A stretch of DNA of 64,000 bases, taken from NCBI RefSeq assembly GCF_030028105.1, contig NC_092371.1:65862057-65926056 (forward strand). Direction: 5' to 3'. The notes under the pieces were generated by a model. That model was given only the letters and a program-made list of their open reading frames with translations. It ran no database searches and had not been told where the DNA came from. This document shows, in pieces, positions 24,129-38,329 of this stretch. This stretch comes from Mobula birostris. Its lineage: Eukaryota. Positions within the stretch are counted from its first letter, which is position 1. Each line of letters opens with the position of its first letter. A program made the position numbers and the translations under genes.

Positions 24129-24208
24129 TAGGGGTTCCCCACCTGGTGCCCTCAGACCCTTTGTTTAATAGTATTGGTCCATGGCATAATAAAGGTTGGG
24201 AACCTCTG
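24129..24208. mobile_element. hAT-type MITE, same family as 11453-11531
   Basis: taggggttccccacct / aggttgggaacctctg termini; no TSD recognised. Confidence 0.7.
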
Positions 24209-25624
24209 TACGTCTGTAATCTGAAAGTTCAAAAAAGAAAATACTCTTGTTACTAGCTTAGTTTCTATTAATCTCGTATTCCATTAAGGATTTATTGAGT
24301 ACGCCTGCAAGAAAATGAATCTCAGTGTTGTATATGGTGACATTTATGTGCTTTAATAATAAATTTACTTTGTACTTTCAACTTAGGTTAGACATTTTTA
24401 TTATAGACTGAGTCTATAATAAAAAAAAAGAAACCCCCTATTGGCTAGAGGCAGAATAGTGTGAAAAGTAGGTCACTGAATGGATAAAAATGGGTTTGTT
24501 GCCTTGCTCTCAAGGCCAAATAAAACAGACAAAGTTCAATTCTGAAAGTCTATTAAATACCACAAACAGTAATATCATTACCGTCATTGTGTCAGGCATC
24601 AACAATACCAGAAAATTGTTATTTGAATATAATACTGAAGTGTTATTTGCTGCTAAATAAATTATAAATTTTTATTCCTGTGCTGAATGCTACATTTCAG
24701 AAATAAACATAGAGATATGTTTTCATCCTGAGAAAAATTGATAGCCTGTTGAGTAAACTAAGAATCCTAGGAATAAGTATAGATTTCCTCATGTAAATTG
24801 AGTTTTCGGAGTTTTCCTATGTTTGTATCTGGAGAAAGCCAGTTAGTTGTCAAAGGCACTTTTGCAACCATCCTTGCATCAGACAGGATCAAGCAACAAG
24901 AGCCCTCCATCCAATCTGGTACACTGTTGACTGACTCACAGAATAATGACTGAGAACTGGGGCATTTGGGTCAGTGCTCCCATGTAGCAAACTGTCTTCA
25001 AATTGCAGTAGGAACGACGTGTGCAGATTGACAGCCTGACTTATGATATCAAGCAAAAAGTTGTGTACTGTAGCTCAGGCCTCGCTCTATACTCTGGAAA
25101 AATGCAGAGTCAACCCTATTGCATGGGTAATTCAGCAACAGTCCTGCCTACTTGGGCCTTGCCCAATCCCATGGTAAAATCCACAGTCACAAAGCGCCTT
25201 CCCCCCACCCTTCTCTGTTTTTGTTACTTAAAAGGATCATTACTTCATGGAAGTTCCATTCCCACCTTTACATCTCCAGGATGCTGCTGATAGTCGTGAA
25301 TCATTTGATGCATAATGATCTGCTCAACGGCAAGCCATTGATCATTTTAAATTTCCTCTACTTGGCCACTGGGAAGTCTAAATTCAGGATTTTATTGTCT
25401 TGCCAGTGATTTGATACACTGCAACAGTCACTCAAGCTGAGCCAAATTACTAACAAACTTCAATACCTTGCTTCATCGCCATACCACATTTTCATTTCCA
25501 GAATGTTGCATTCCTCTGTCATATTTCATTTCCAGTCAGTTCTTTCCCCTGACTGACTAGTTCTTGATTTGGTTCATGTGCTCTTTGCTAACATCTCTAA
25601 TGTTTAGTTCTTGGTAAAATCGGC

Positions 25625-25925
25625 ACGACATGGTAGTATACAGCGCCAGCGATTTCTGATTAGGTTTTGATTCCTGCTGCTCTGTGTACGGAGTTTGTCT
25701 ATTCTCCCTGTTACTGCTCCAGATGCTCCGGTTTCCTCCCATATTCCAAAGACATATGGTTGGGGTAGGGTTTGTAAGTTGTGGGCATGCTGTATCAGCG
25801 TTAGAAGTGTGGCGACACTTGTGGGTTGCCCCTAGCACAATCTTCACGGACTTGATTTGATGCAAATGATGCATTTCATTGTTTTGATGTACATGTAACA
25901 AATAAAGGTAAAGTTTGTCTTTATC
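25625..25925 (+). mobile_element. V-SINE-related copy
   Basis: ggagtttg..ttctccc..gctccggtttcctcccatattccaaagac core. Confidence 0.65.
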
Positions 25926-26094
25926 CTTGAGATCTTTAATCTTTAAACTCTTAGTGTGTGTTAACATTGGTTACCTGTGCCTTGTACCACACTCTTCTTT
26001 CCCTGTTGCCCTGCATTGGCTGCCAGTTTAAATGGTTTGATTTAAAGCCCCTCATACCCTCAGCCCTATTTTAAGTGTACAACATCTTTAAGCG

Positions 26095-26930
26095 AGAAAC
26101 ACAAGAGGTTCTGCAGAAGTTGGATATCCAGAGTGGCACATACAAAATGCTGGAGGAACTCAGCAGGTCAGGAGACGTCTATGGAAATGAATAAGCAGTC
26201 GATGTTTCGGGCCAAGGCCCCTCATCAGGACTGGAAAGGAAAAGAAAAGAAGCTAGAATAAGAAGGTGGGGTAGGGAAAGGAGTGGCATGCTAGAAGATG
26301 ATAGGAGAAGCCAGGTTGTGGGGGGAGGGTGGATGAAGTGATAAGCTGGGAAGTGATAGACAGAAAGGGTAAAGGGCTGAAGAAGAAGGAATTTGATAAG
26401 AGAGGAGAGTAGACCATGGGAGAAAGGAAAGGAGGAGGGGTCCCGGGGGGGTGGGGGGAGGTAATAGGTAGGTGAGGAGGAGGAGAGAAGAGAGAGTCAG
26501 AGTGGAGATGAAGTGGTGGGGGAGGGGACTGGAAGTTAGACAAATTGATGTGCATGACATCAGGTTGGAGGCTACTCGGACGGAAGATAAGATGTTGCTC
26601 CTCCAACTTGAGCATTGCAGCTCCTTGTGAGAAAGAGAATGGGCATTGGATTTTAAATGGTTGACCACTGGGAAATCCTGCTTGCTGTGGATAGATCAAA
26701 GGTGTTTGACAAAGTGGTCCCCCACTGTACATTGTAGAGGAGAATGCATCGGGAGCACCAGATACAGTAGACGGCTGCAACAGATGTGCAGGTGAAGTGT
26801 TGCCTCACCTGGGAGGACTGTTGGGGGCCCTGAATGGAGGTGGAAGAGCAGGTGTAGCAGTTCTGGCTGCAGAGAAAAGTGCCAGGAGGGACGAATGGAC
26901 AAGGGAATCACGAGGGGATTGGTCCCATAA
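26095..26930 (-). mobile_element. Penelope-like element, GIY-YIG fragment and terminal repeat
   Basis: LKLEEQHLIFRPSSLQPDVMHINLSNF; hammerhead motif at 26196-26233. Confidence 0.85.
26196..26233 (-). ncRNA. Minimal type I hammerhead ribozyme motif (Penelope-derived)
   Basis: CAGUC CUGAUGA G GGGC-CUUG-GCCC GAAAC AUC GACUG; helix I and II pair, helix III palindrome broken (ACAU instead of ACGU). Confidence 0.6.
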
Positions 26931-27539
26931 GCCACCTTCTCTTGTGCTGTGATGATTTGTCCAACACCGGGCTTCTAACGTTTGCTGTCCTTCCTTCTCT
27001 CCTCAATTCCTTCATTAAAATGGCTCCTACTATCGGGATTTCCTCAAACCTGGTGCTTCTTTTCCCAAGCATTCAATACACATTGTTTTAGACTATACCT
27101 TCTAACACTTCTACCTTTAGCTTAGTGATTTTAGAGTCATTGATTTTAAATATCTAATTTATTAAACTCCAAATACTCCAGGAGATGCTTTGTTAAAGGT
27201 AATATATGTAGAAAATTAAAGCATTTTCCTTTTTTGTGTCATTTTTAAAAAATCAACCCTTCTTTCTGAAATTTCAGTCCCAGTCTGGAGCCACTTATAA
27301 TCAGCAATGGCTCTGTGATTGATGTGTTGTATCAGTAGGACAGATCCATTTATAGAGGAATGAATTTCCAATAGGTAAAGCAATTCACAGCCAAAGGACA
27401 AGCATCAATACTTCATAAATTCTGTGAAAAATGAATCGTTCACCTGCAATTTTTGTCCATTAGTGCAGTGGTTCCCTAATTCTTGCAGGTGTCCAGGCCC
27501 CGCTATTCCATAGTGGCACTGGCTGAATACTAATGCCAG

Positions 27540-27810
27540 GAGGGCAGCATGCTGGCGTAGTGGTTAGCAAAACGCTTTACAGTACCGGCGACCCGGGTTT
27601 AATACCCGCCACAGCCTGTAAAGAGTTTGTATGTTCTCCCCCCTGTCCACATGTGTTTTCTCCTGGTGCTCCAGTTTCCTCCCACAGTCCAAAGACCTAC
27701 CAGTTAATTGATCATGATTAGGCTAGAGTTAAATTGGGGATTGCTGGGTGGCATGGCTTGAAGGACTGGAAAGGCCTACACCACACTGAATATATATAAA
27801 TAAATAAATA
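27540..27810 (+). mobile_element. V-SINE copy, near full length
   Basis: tggcgtagtgg A box, V core and (taaa)n tail. Confidence 0.8.
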
Positions 27811-27811
27811 A

Positions 27812-28612
27812 CAGTATTGTGCAAAGGCCTTTGGCACATATTTATTAATTTATTTGAGATACAGCACAGAGTAGCTCTTCTGACCCTTCGAAACACACTG
27901 CCTAGCAATCTCCCAGATTTAATCCTAACCTAATCATGGGGCAATTTAAGTGATCAATTAACCTACCAACTGGTGCTTCCTTAGATTGTGGGAGGAAACC
28001 AGAGCATCCGGAGGAAATCCGCACAGTCAAAGGGAGAACGTATGAACTCCTTACAGGCAGTGGTGGGAATTGGACTGGGTCACAGGTACTGTAAAGCATC
28101 ATGCTAACCACTATGCTATATAGCTAGGGTGCTTATGACTTTTGCACAGTACTGCATTTATCAGTGTGGAACAGAGAGCACATTTGTAAATCTGGCGGGA
28201 GCAAAGGATGTTGGAAATAGTGAGGGTGGAGTGCTGCAGGAGAGGTATGGACAGGCGGCAGAGAACGCATGCCAGGAGTGGTGTGGGTGCAGGCACACAC
28301 AGCCCCGAGACACTAAATAAAGTCATTTGATTCCAAACAGTTGGTTTATTGAGCATCACAGAATGTCTCTCTGATGCTTCCCACTCCCTCCTCTCTCCCT
28401 TCCTCTTTATTGAACCATGATTCCCCTCTCCTTGCCCCCTTCCCACTCTCAGTCCAGAATAGAGACCCATATCAGAATCAATTTTATCATCACTCACATA
28501 TGTCATTTTTTTTTCAGCAGCAGTACAGTGCAATACGTAAAATGATTAAAGTGTGCAAGAGTCTTAGGCACCCTAGCTATATATATGTACCTAAGACTTT
28601 TGCATGGTATTG
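27812..28612. mobile_element. Composite Tc1-type MITE (hairpin ends), interrupted by a V-SINE at ~27841-28113
   Basis: Same structure as 52799-53342. Confidence 0.75.
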
Positions 28613-28804
28613 TGAATTAAAATAAAAGTGATGCAACTCATCTGTTGGAACCCCAGTACCATTGACAGACATTTGTTTACAAATTCTTTATTGGTCTTGG
28701 TCTTGTGCCTTCATTTCTTTCTGAAAGTCTTACAAACATACTGTTTGTAATGCTCCTTGTTTGCTGCTGCTGTAACCCATCCATTTCAAGGTTTAATGTG
28801 TCAA

Positions 28805-30897
28805 GGGGACAGAAAATCCAAGGGTCAGATACAAAGTGTGACTAAAAGGGCTGGACAGGAAAGAGTTTGTCCAATGTGTTCAGGAAAGTTTCCTTCCTCA
28901 ATGCACAGATGTCCACAACAAGAGAGCGCATGATACTGGATCTCTTATTAGGAGATGAGACGGGGCAGGTGACAAGAGTTTGTGTAGGAGAACACCTTGC
29001 CTCTAGTGATCATAATGCTATTAATTTCAAGGTAATTGTGGAAAAGGATGGATTTAGTCCTCGGGTTAAAATGCTCAGTTTTCAAGAGGTAATAAAGGCC
29101 CTGGTTAAGAAAAACAAGGAGGTGTGTAACAGATATAAGCAGGTAGGAACAAGTGAGGTACTTGTCGAGTATACAAAATGCAAGAGAACACTTAAGAAGG
29201 AAATCAGGAGGGCTAAAAGAAGGCATGAGGCTGCTCTAACAGAGAAAGTGAAGAAGAATCCTAAAGGCCTCTACAGATATATTAAGAGCAAAAGTATAGC
29301 AAGGGAAAAATTGGCCCTCCAGAAGATATGTGTGGAGGTGAAAGAGATGGGGGAGATGTTAAAAGGATTTTTTTTTTGCATCTGTATTTACTAGGAAGTC
29401 AGACACAGAATCTATGAATGCGAAGCAATGCAATAGCAGGGTCATGGACTCTATACAGATTACAGGGGAGGAGGTGTTTGCTGTCCTGAGGCAAATTAGA
29501 GTGGATAAATCACCAAGCTGTTCCATTGGATCCTGTGGGAGTCTAGTGCAGAAATTGCAGAAGCCATAGCAGAGATATTTAAAACATACTTATCCATGAG
29601 TGAGGTGCTGGAGGACAGCTAATGTTTTTTAAAAAGTCTCTAAGAATAATCCAGGAAAGTATAGGCTGGTGTGCCTGACATCAGTAGTGGGAAAGTTACT
29701 GGAAGGTTCTTAGGAAGTTGCCAGGAAAGTTAACGATAACAAGGCAGTGGATGTTGTCTACATAGACTTTGGCGAGGCACTTGAGAAGGTCCCGCATGAG
29801 AGCTTGCTGAAGAAGGTTCAGTCACTTGGCATTCAATACAAGGTAGTAAATTGGGTTAGACATTGGCTTTGTGGGAGAAGCCAGAGAGTGATAGTAGATA
29901 GTTGTCTCTCTGAGACTGGAGGCCTGTGACTAGTAGCGAGTCAAAGAGATAGGTGCTGGGTCCATTGTTGTTTGTCATCTATATCAGTGATTTGGATGAT
30001 AATGTGGTAAACTGGATCAGCAAATTTGAAGATGATACCAAGACTGGGGATATTGTGGCTGCAAGGAATACCATCGAAGTTTGAAGTGGGATCTGGACCA
30101 GCTGGAAAAATGGGCTGAAAAGTGGCAGATGGAACTTAGTGCAGACATTGTGTTGCACTTTGGGAGGTTCAATCAGGTAGGTCTTGTACGTTGAGCAGTA
30201 GGCACTGAGGAACGGAGGGATCTTGGAATACAGATCAATAATTTCTTGAAAGTGGTGTTACAGGTAGGTAGTTTCATAAAGAAGGCTTTTGGCATATTGG
30301 ATCATAAAGCAATGTATTGAATACAGGAGGTGGGATGTTATGTTGAAGTTGTATATGACATTGGTGCAGCTTAACTTGGAGTATTGTGCCCAGTTTTGTT
30401 CACATACCTACAGAAAAGATTGAAAGAGTGCAGAAAAAAAAATTACAAGGATGTTGCTGGGACTTGAGGATCTGAGTTATAGGGAAAGGTTGAATAGGTT
30501 AGGAATTTATTCCCTGGAATCTAGAAGATGGAGGAAATATTTGATAAGAGCTATACACAGTTATGAGAGGTATAGATAAGGAAACTAGTAGCAGGGTTTT
30601 TCCATTGAGGTTGGGTGAGACTACAACTGGAGGTCATGGGTTAAGAGTGAAAGATGAAATGTGTAAGGGGAACATGAGGGGAGCTCTTCACTCACCTGCT
30701 GGTGAGAGTGTGGAATGAGCTGACAGGGCAAGTGTTGGATGTGGGGTCAATTTTGACATTTCGGAGATCTGGATAGGTACATGGATGGGAGATGCCTGGG
30801 GGGCTATGGTCCAGGTGTTGATTGATGGAACTAGGCGGATTAATGGTTTGGCATGGACTAGATGGGCTGAAGGACCTGTTTTTGTGCTATGACTATG
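28805..30897 (+). mobile_element. CR1-like LINE ORF2, multiply deleted, with 3' end
   Basis: ILDLLLGDE..SSDHNAINF (APE), DVVYIDF..KVPH and YIxDLDD..KFxDDTK (RT), (tatgac) tail. Confidence 0.88.
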
Positions 30898-32424
30898 ATG
30901 GTGAGAAAGGAGAAGAGAAGATGTGAGAGGGCCACCAGAATGGGGAGAAAACAAAAAGGTAATGGGGTGGTGTAAACTAAACTCTTATAAAGGTTAGGCA
31001 GTGTCATATATTAACAGTCTTGTTGGTTGATATTGGCTCAGACCAATGCATGAATAACAATGAAACAGGTTGAATGTGACTCGAATTCAGACCTAGAGCC
31101 AGCAGGCTGGGTAGGTATGAGGCCACAAAAATTACTAAAAACATTGGAAAACAGTCAAAAAGCTGATTCACAGAACAGTATTAGGTGAATGAATATCGAC
31201 GTGTATTTTATAGCAAATTGCAAAATTTACTTCTATACTTTCCTTTTTAAAAATGTTTACATACACACTTTTCAATCAGGCTTGGCTGATGGAGAAAAAT
31301 CATGGTACCAAGTTTATTTGATATATTTGTGTGTATGTTATACAGAATATTGCAATGCTTGTGAGCATGCATTTCATTATAATTCAATAATTGCTGTTAT
31401 TTCAGTTGGTCTATGCTATAGAACACATTTCTTTTGAAGAAAGTATTTGCAAGTCCGTATACATCTTGGATTTCTGAAAGATGTTCTCATTGATGCAGCA
31501 TATTGATTTTACAACTAAATTAGTTCAACTTACCAGGCAAAATAACCTGAAAATTAGCATTTCATGTCTTGGTGTCTTGAAGAATGCTCGGGTTTTGAAG
31601 CATCTGCAAAGTTGATTTGTATGCAAGTCCTGTCCTAGTATGAAGGAAAATTTTATTCCCATTCACTTAATGGTGCTACATGGAAATTCCTCTTTCATTT
31701 AAGTCATGTCAGTTCATAAATTTGCTTGTCTGGCTAAGGCAATGCTGACATGCTCTAACATTTCTGCACCTGGACTGTGTGCTTCTCTGAACATTCTTGA
31801 GTTACACTTTTGCTTTCATGGTCATAATTTCAAAATTGTCTCACTAGTCCTCTGCCCTTCTATATTTGATTTCTTAAAGTTAGTGCTGCATGGTGAAAAT
31901 TTGTTAGATGCTTGTGCTTAGCATTCTCAGGGCTATGAGGAAAGGAAATATCTAGCAAGTTTCCTGTCTCCCCCCCCCCCCCCACCCCAGCCCCATCACA
32001 GTCTTTCGCAAAAATCCTCTATTACTCGACATAAGTCCATTGTGTTAACGTTAATTATTTGTGAGAGCAGTCCACATGTGATCCCAATCTCTCCTCAGAT
32101 CTTTGAGATTTTCTGGTCTTTGCACTATATCCAGTTTTTCTTTAGAGGCCAGGACCATTTATGTTTACTAAGTAAGTGCATTACCCTTTTTGTGTAGTAT
32201 AACTCTGGAGGAACATTGTATCATTTCTTAATGCATGCATGCATTTCTAAATGACAATAAATGCGGACTGAGTGTCCTCATAATCTAATCTAATCTAAAA
32301 AACATCTCTCAAGTATCCAGGTTGCAGTTGCCTGTTATGAATTACAAATTGTTTAATACAAATATTAACATAAGATTTTTATGATTAATATTTTGTGCAG
32401 TTGCTTTTCAGTCATCAACTTCAG

Positions 32425-33135
32425 TGCTTCCAGGTGAGGCAACACTTCACCTGCAAGCATGCCGAGGGCAACGGCTATACCCAGTGTTCTGGGGTGTGGT
32501 CTCCTCTACTTTGGTGAGACCTGATGTCAAGCATCTTCACTTTGTCTACAAAAGGGTGGATTTCCTGTTGTCCAACCATTTTAATTCTGTTCTCTATTCC
32601 TATTCCAACATGTCAGTCCATAGCTTCCTTTTCTGCCATGCTAAGGCCACTCCCTGGTTGGAGGAGCAACTCCTCATATTTCGCTTGGCTAGCCTCCTAC
32701 CTAATGGCATGAACATTGATTTCTCTAACTTCTTACCTCACCCCCTTTTTATTCTTTTTCCATTCCCCATTCTGGCTCCACTCTTACCCCTTCCCTTCTC
32801 CTCACCTGCCCATCACCTCCCTCTGGTTCTCCTCTTCCTTCCCTTTCTCTCATGGTCCACTCTCCTCTCTTCTTGGATTCCTCCTTCCTCACTCATTTAT
32901 CTTTTCCAGCTGTCACCTCCTAGTTTCTCACTTCATCCCCTCCTCCCCCACCCACCTACCATTCTCCTCATCTATCACCTTCTATTCTGTACTGCTTCCC
33001 CTCCGACCTCCTTATTCTAGTTTCTTCCCCTCCCTTTCCAGTCCTGATGAAGGATCATGGCCTGAAATGTAAGCTGTTTATTCCTCTACATTGCTGTTGC
33101 CTGATTGTTGAGTTCCTGCAGCATTTTGTATTTGT
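32425..33135 (+). mobile_element. Penelope-like element 3' fragment
   Basis: HFNS..MSVHSFLFCHAKATPWLEEQLLIFRLASLLPNGMNIDFSNF; cagtcctgatgaagg..cctgaaatgt end. Confidence 0.85.
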
Positions 33136-33809
33136 TATATCCAATTAGTGTGTTCATCTTCTCTTTTATCAGTCTACGCCTGTCACCTTAAGCTCAATAA
33201 GTCAGTTATGACATCAACCCACAAGTTCCAGAAAGTGCCCTGATTTGATCTCTGGACTATACAGAGACAACTGATCTGCACTCTGGCTAGGGAGAAGGTG
33301 ACCACAGTGCATTGGCCTTTGATGAATATGTACTTATAATGCCTTCCATGGGAAAATGAATAACTCTTTAACATGCATTGTCTGGCCTCACATCTGTCTG
33401 GTCACATGGGTGAAAATTGGATCAAAGATTGTGGTCAATACATTTTAATGACTTTCCTTGTTAAATTAAAATGAAGTTCAGGCTATGCATTCTGATTGTT
33501 CTCCCTAAGTAGAAATCTATGCCAAAGGAGTTAATTGCAGAGACAAAACTGAGATGCTAAGAAATGATCTTGAGGTTTATTTTCAGATTTTTGACTTGAA
33601 ATCCTAATTCAAAATGTATAGTTGGTGCAGTTGTTTAAAGAGTCATTGACAGCGATGTTTAGCTGTACAGAAGAGGTAACTACAAATCTTAACTCCTGAT
33701 CTGTGCTTAGTTATCTGATCTGAGCCAGTTAATAGCAAGGATGCTACACTTAGAGATACTATAACTACAGTAAATGGTATTGTACAAGGGGGCAAAGTAC
33801 CACTTAGGG

Positions 33810-34440
33810 CAGGGGTGGCGAACCTATGGCACATGTGCCTGAGACTGCATGCACAAAAGTTTTGTTGGCACACAGAATGCAGTGCTGCCGCTCAGTTCTT
33901 TAATTAAAAAGATACATAATAATTATCTTTCCTGTCAAATGAAAAAGCAGATGATTTTTTACAGCTGGAGAGCAGTGAGATGTTTTCACAGGAAATGTCT
34001 CAAACTGTCTTGGTGCCAGCTAGACAGTGCGGGAACATGTGACATTGGATGCTACATTTTGAAATTCTCGCAGGCCTGGTATACACATCAGTATATGGAT
34101 AGTAAACAGTTGGTCCAGTTGGCATTGGCTTTGCTCTGCTTATATTATGTTCTTCTGTGCCTTGTGAGCGAACACTGGATATTCAGTTATAATAATGGCA
34201 AATACAGTATGTAGTTTAACACCATGAATACTACAGTTTTTCACAATAGACACATTTTATTTAAAACTGGTAAAACTATGTAATTTAAGTTTATTGGTGA
34301 GATATCTTTAAATTGCAATTATCCTTTTCAGCTTGATAAAAATACACCAGCAAAGAAACAACAACATTCAAATATTGGGAGAAGCAACAGAGGTTTTCAA
34401 GTGTGGTGGCATGAAAGATTTGACATGACTAAAAGGGTGA
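33810..34440. mobile_element. hAT (Charlie-like) non-autonomous element, right end decayed
   Basis: Starts caggggtggcgaacctatggcac; matching right TIR not clearly recoverable. Confidence 0.45.
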
Positions 34441-34550
34441 TATGTATATGGATCTTCTTTTCTGAGGCAGTAGTGTGCAGGACTTCTGCTCTAAATTGAA
34501 CAATAACAAATGGAACCCTTTTCTTGAGATATCAGCTACAAAAAAAAATA

Positions 34551-35058
34551 CACTCAGTGTCCACTTTATTGTATGTTCGTGGCCTGCTGCTGCAGCCCAT
34601 CCACTTCAAGGTTTGATGTGCGGTGCATTCAGAGATGCTCTTCTGCACACCATTGGTGTGACCAGTGGTTACACTGTCAGCTTGAACCAGTCTGGCCATT
34701 CTCCTCTGACCTCTCTCATTAACAAGGCATTTTCGCCCAAAGAACTGTTGCTCACTAGACTTTTATTTGTTGTTTTGCACCAGTCTACTAACTGTAGAGA
34801 TTGTTGTATGTGAAAATCCCAGGAGAGCAGCAGTTTTTGAGATATGCAAACCACCCTGTTTGGCACCAACAATCATTTCACAGTCAAAGTCACTTAGATC
34901 ACACTTTCTCCCCATTCTGATGTTTTGTTTGAGCCACAACCAAGCCTCTTGACTATGTTGACATGCTTTTATGCATTGAGTTGCTGCCACATGATTGACT
35001 GATTTAGGTATTTGCATTAATGAACGGGATTACAGGTGTCCATGATAAAGTGGCCACT
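34551..35058 (-). mobile_element. Tc1-like non-autonomous element
   Basis: TIRs cactcagtgtccactttatt / gataaagtggccact; ORF MGRKCDLSDFDCEMIVGAKQGGLHISKTAALLGFSHTTIS (Tc1 HTH). Confidence 0.85.
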
Positions 35059-35804
35059 ATATTTTGATAACATTTATTTTAGGTCGTTCCAACTGCTGTT
35101 AGCTTTGAGGGTTCAAAGGTTATTGCCCAACATTTAATCTGCCAAACCACTCATTGATGGGGAATGTGCTAAAGAATCATTGCTAGGGTGTGCTCTTTTC
35201 TTTTTTGACAGTTCTCCAGGAAAAAAATATACAGCGCATTAAGGATTTGCTAGTAAGCAGAAATACAGTAAAAGACAACAGCTGCAAAAGATTGTCTGGA
35301 ATCACAAACATAACATGCTAACAGCCTATGCTGCTGAGAATTTTGGCTTGAGAACTGGTTTCTGCAGCGATACCAGGAAAGCACCCAGTAGGATAATATA
35401 AAAGGTGTCAGCGGGCAGGTTCAACCTCCAATGGATTTTGTGCTAAATCTAATTTAACGGTGTTGGGAGCTGTTTCCCTGTAAATGCACAATGCATTCAA
35501 AATGATCTTCAAGCTGTGTTGCTCAACATAACAATGAGCCTCCACCTTTGTTATTATTCCCTGTCTGCTGTCTCTCCCAGTAAGATATTGCAAACACTTC
35601 ATTGATCAGTTCTGTGTCAGACAAATTTTGCCTGTGTAGTTAGAAGAGAGGGAGCACTACTTGGAATATACTTTCTTGTTACTCTTTGGGAAAAGCTGAA
35701 AGAAACTGAACAACTTTGCACTTGCATGAGTCTTCATGTAAGCTGTTGATCTGGACTTACTGGAAATGTTCTAAAGGAGCAGTTACAATCCCTAACAGTT
35801 GCTC

Positions 35805-36260
35805 TCAGCAAAATTTACAAGGATGTTGCCAGGACTAGAGGACCTGAGTTATAAGGAAAGATTGAATAGGTTAGGACCTTATTCCTTGGAACGTAGAAGA
35901 CTGAGAGGAGATTTGACAGAGGTAAACAAAATTATGAGGAGTACTTACGGGGTAAACACAAGCAGGCATTTTTCACTGAGGTTGGATGGGATGACAACCA
36001 GAGGTCATGGGTTAAGGGTGAAAAGTTTAAGGGGAATATGAGGGGAAACCTTTTCACTCAGAGGGTCATGAGAGTGTGGAACGAGCTACCAGTGCAAGTG
36101 GTGCATGTGAGCTTGATTTCCGCATTTGAGAGAAGTTTGATGAGGTACAATGTTGGTAGGGGTATGGAGGTCCTGGTGCAGGTTGATGGGTATAGACAGT
36201 TTAAACAGTTTGTCATGGACTAGATGGGCCGAATAGTCTGTTTCTATGCCCCTGTGACTA
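35805..36260 (+). mobile_element. CR1 3' fragment
   Basis: KFTRMLPGLEDLSYKERLNRLGxYSLERRRLRGDL..TRGH..FTQRVxRVWNELP. Confidence 0.88.
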
Positions 36261-37369
36261 AGTATGAAGTACTAAAATTTCATTACGAGTTGTAATAAAA
36301 GAAACTTCACTGAAGTTGAACAGGTGGTATATTTGACCATCTAAACAAAGCTAGTTTTAAGATTAAGGATATGTGGTGTCTTGTTCATAGGCTTTCTAGT
36401 GTAAGTAAATATTCCATTCCTGAACAACAATGTGTGAACCTGAGGGTCCAAAGATCCATTTTGCATTGAGGAATTTATCATTAGGATGGGGTAAAGGAGC
36501 AAATACAATGGGAAAAAAAAACAAACAGTACAGAAAACAAAGGCTTCTGCTTAAACAGGTGAAACGATTGTAAGGATTTTGAAAATTTGAAATGCAGTGT
36601 GTTCTCTACATAACAAAAGTGAATTACAGGGGGAGAAATAGAAACATTAGGCATTTCTAAGGAATTTTCAAAGGAATATCTAATTGTTAGCATGTCCAAA
36701 CGGGAACCTAATTTGCTCATGGTTGCCATTGTAACAATCCCAGACACTCATGCTGGTAGTGTACAACTGGTGATGATAACATGTCTTATTAGCTGGGATA
36801 TATTTGAAAGCAAGTATTTGTTTCAGTGTGATCTACTTGGGGGCTACCCATCTTCTTGGGGCCAGGCAGCTCATTAAAGTATTGTGATATTTTGACCCAC
36901 AGAGAAGACGTTTCTTTCTGTGGCGATGTCCTGCTGATAGTATTTTAGCTATGCACAATCGAGCCTGCATTTTTTTTGCAGAATAATCAGTTTCACCTCA
37001 CCCAAATATATCAGGTTCCTTCAGTAACACACAAAATGCCAGAGGAGCGCCATGGGTCAGACACCATCTATGGAGGGACATTGTTTCAGGTCGAGGCCTT
37101 TCATCTGGATTGCTCACCCGTGTTCTGTATGTTGCTTCAAATTCCAGCATCTGCATTCACTTGTGATACCGTGTTTCTTTTTCGCATCATGAGCAGAGGA
37201 AGGGCTATGCGATGACTTATCTTCAGTGCAGTTCTGTAGGTTCTAAGGTGGCCAGTGTGGAATTTGCAGACTTAAGCAAGTGGGACAGCTGGCTTTCAGA
37301 AGTCGGGATAGGAAAGAAATTTGGAAACTGGTGCATTTCTGCTGCTGACTAAGCAGGGGATCTGGATTA

Positions 37370-38085
37370 GAGAGCATGTGTTATAGGAATGGTCGGACAA
37401 AGCTGGGTCGTTTTCTCTGAGGGGAGACCGGATAGAATCTTATAAGATTATGAGAGGCATAGGTAAACAGCTCGTATCAAGTGTCTATCACTAGCAGGAA
37501 TGCATTTAAGATGAAAAAGTGTAAGTTCAATTGAAATGTGTATGGCAGTGTCTTATTTTTCTTAGTTTTGTTTGATACAGTGGTGAGTACTTAGAATGTG
37601 CTGCCAGGAATGGTAGTGGAGACAAGTTTGACAAAGGCATGTAAGAGATTTGTGGATAAGTATATGACTATGCAGGAAATGAGGGATCTGTCTAGGCTGA
37701 TGGGATTTGTTATTAATTAAATTAGTTCAGGGCAATTCTGTGGGTCAAAGGACCTGTTCTTATGCTGTATGTGTTCTATGATCTACGCACATTGGACTTT
37801 AGGATAGTCCAGACACTGTGGTCACTTTATTTTAGTAATACAGCACAGGGTAGGGCCTTCCGGCCCAGCAACCCCCAACAGACCTGATTAACCCTGACCT
37901 AATCACGGGACAACCGAGAATCACCAATTAACTTATCTGGAACGTCTTTGGACTGTGGGAGGAAACCAGAGGACCCAGAGGATCCCACTCATTCCATGGG
38001 GAGGATGTACAGATGCTACTTTCTGAAATCCGGGACGCCCCGAGCCGCAAATAGCTTTGTGCTAACCGCTGTACTACCGTGGTGC
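37370..38085. mobile_element. Decayed CR1 3' end (+) followed by V-SINE (-)
   Basis: CR1 terminal motif to ~37780; ctttggactgtgggaggaaacc (V core, reverse) at ~37945. Confidence 0.65.
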
Positions 38086-38329
38086 CCTGCTTTGCAGCTC
38101 CTGTTGGCTGAAAGTCATCAGGTTGTCTGTGAGATGACAGCTTCAAGGGTTCTTGAAACATCTAATGTGCACGCTGCAGTTTTCCTGTTACCACCATTGA
38201 CTTGGGCCAGGCTGATGAAGATCGTGGACACCTCTCTAGAGGTTTATGTGACACCTGGGCATCCTGTTCACAACTAGATGCAGGAGAATATTGTCATTAA
38301 CAGACTACCTAAGGACATGAACTGAAATA

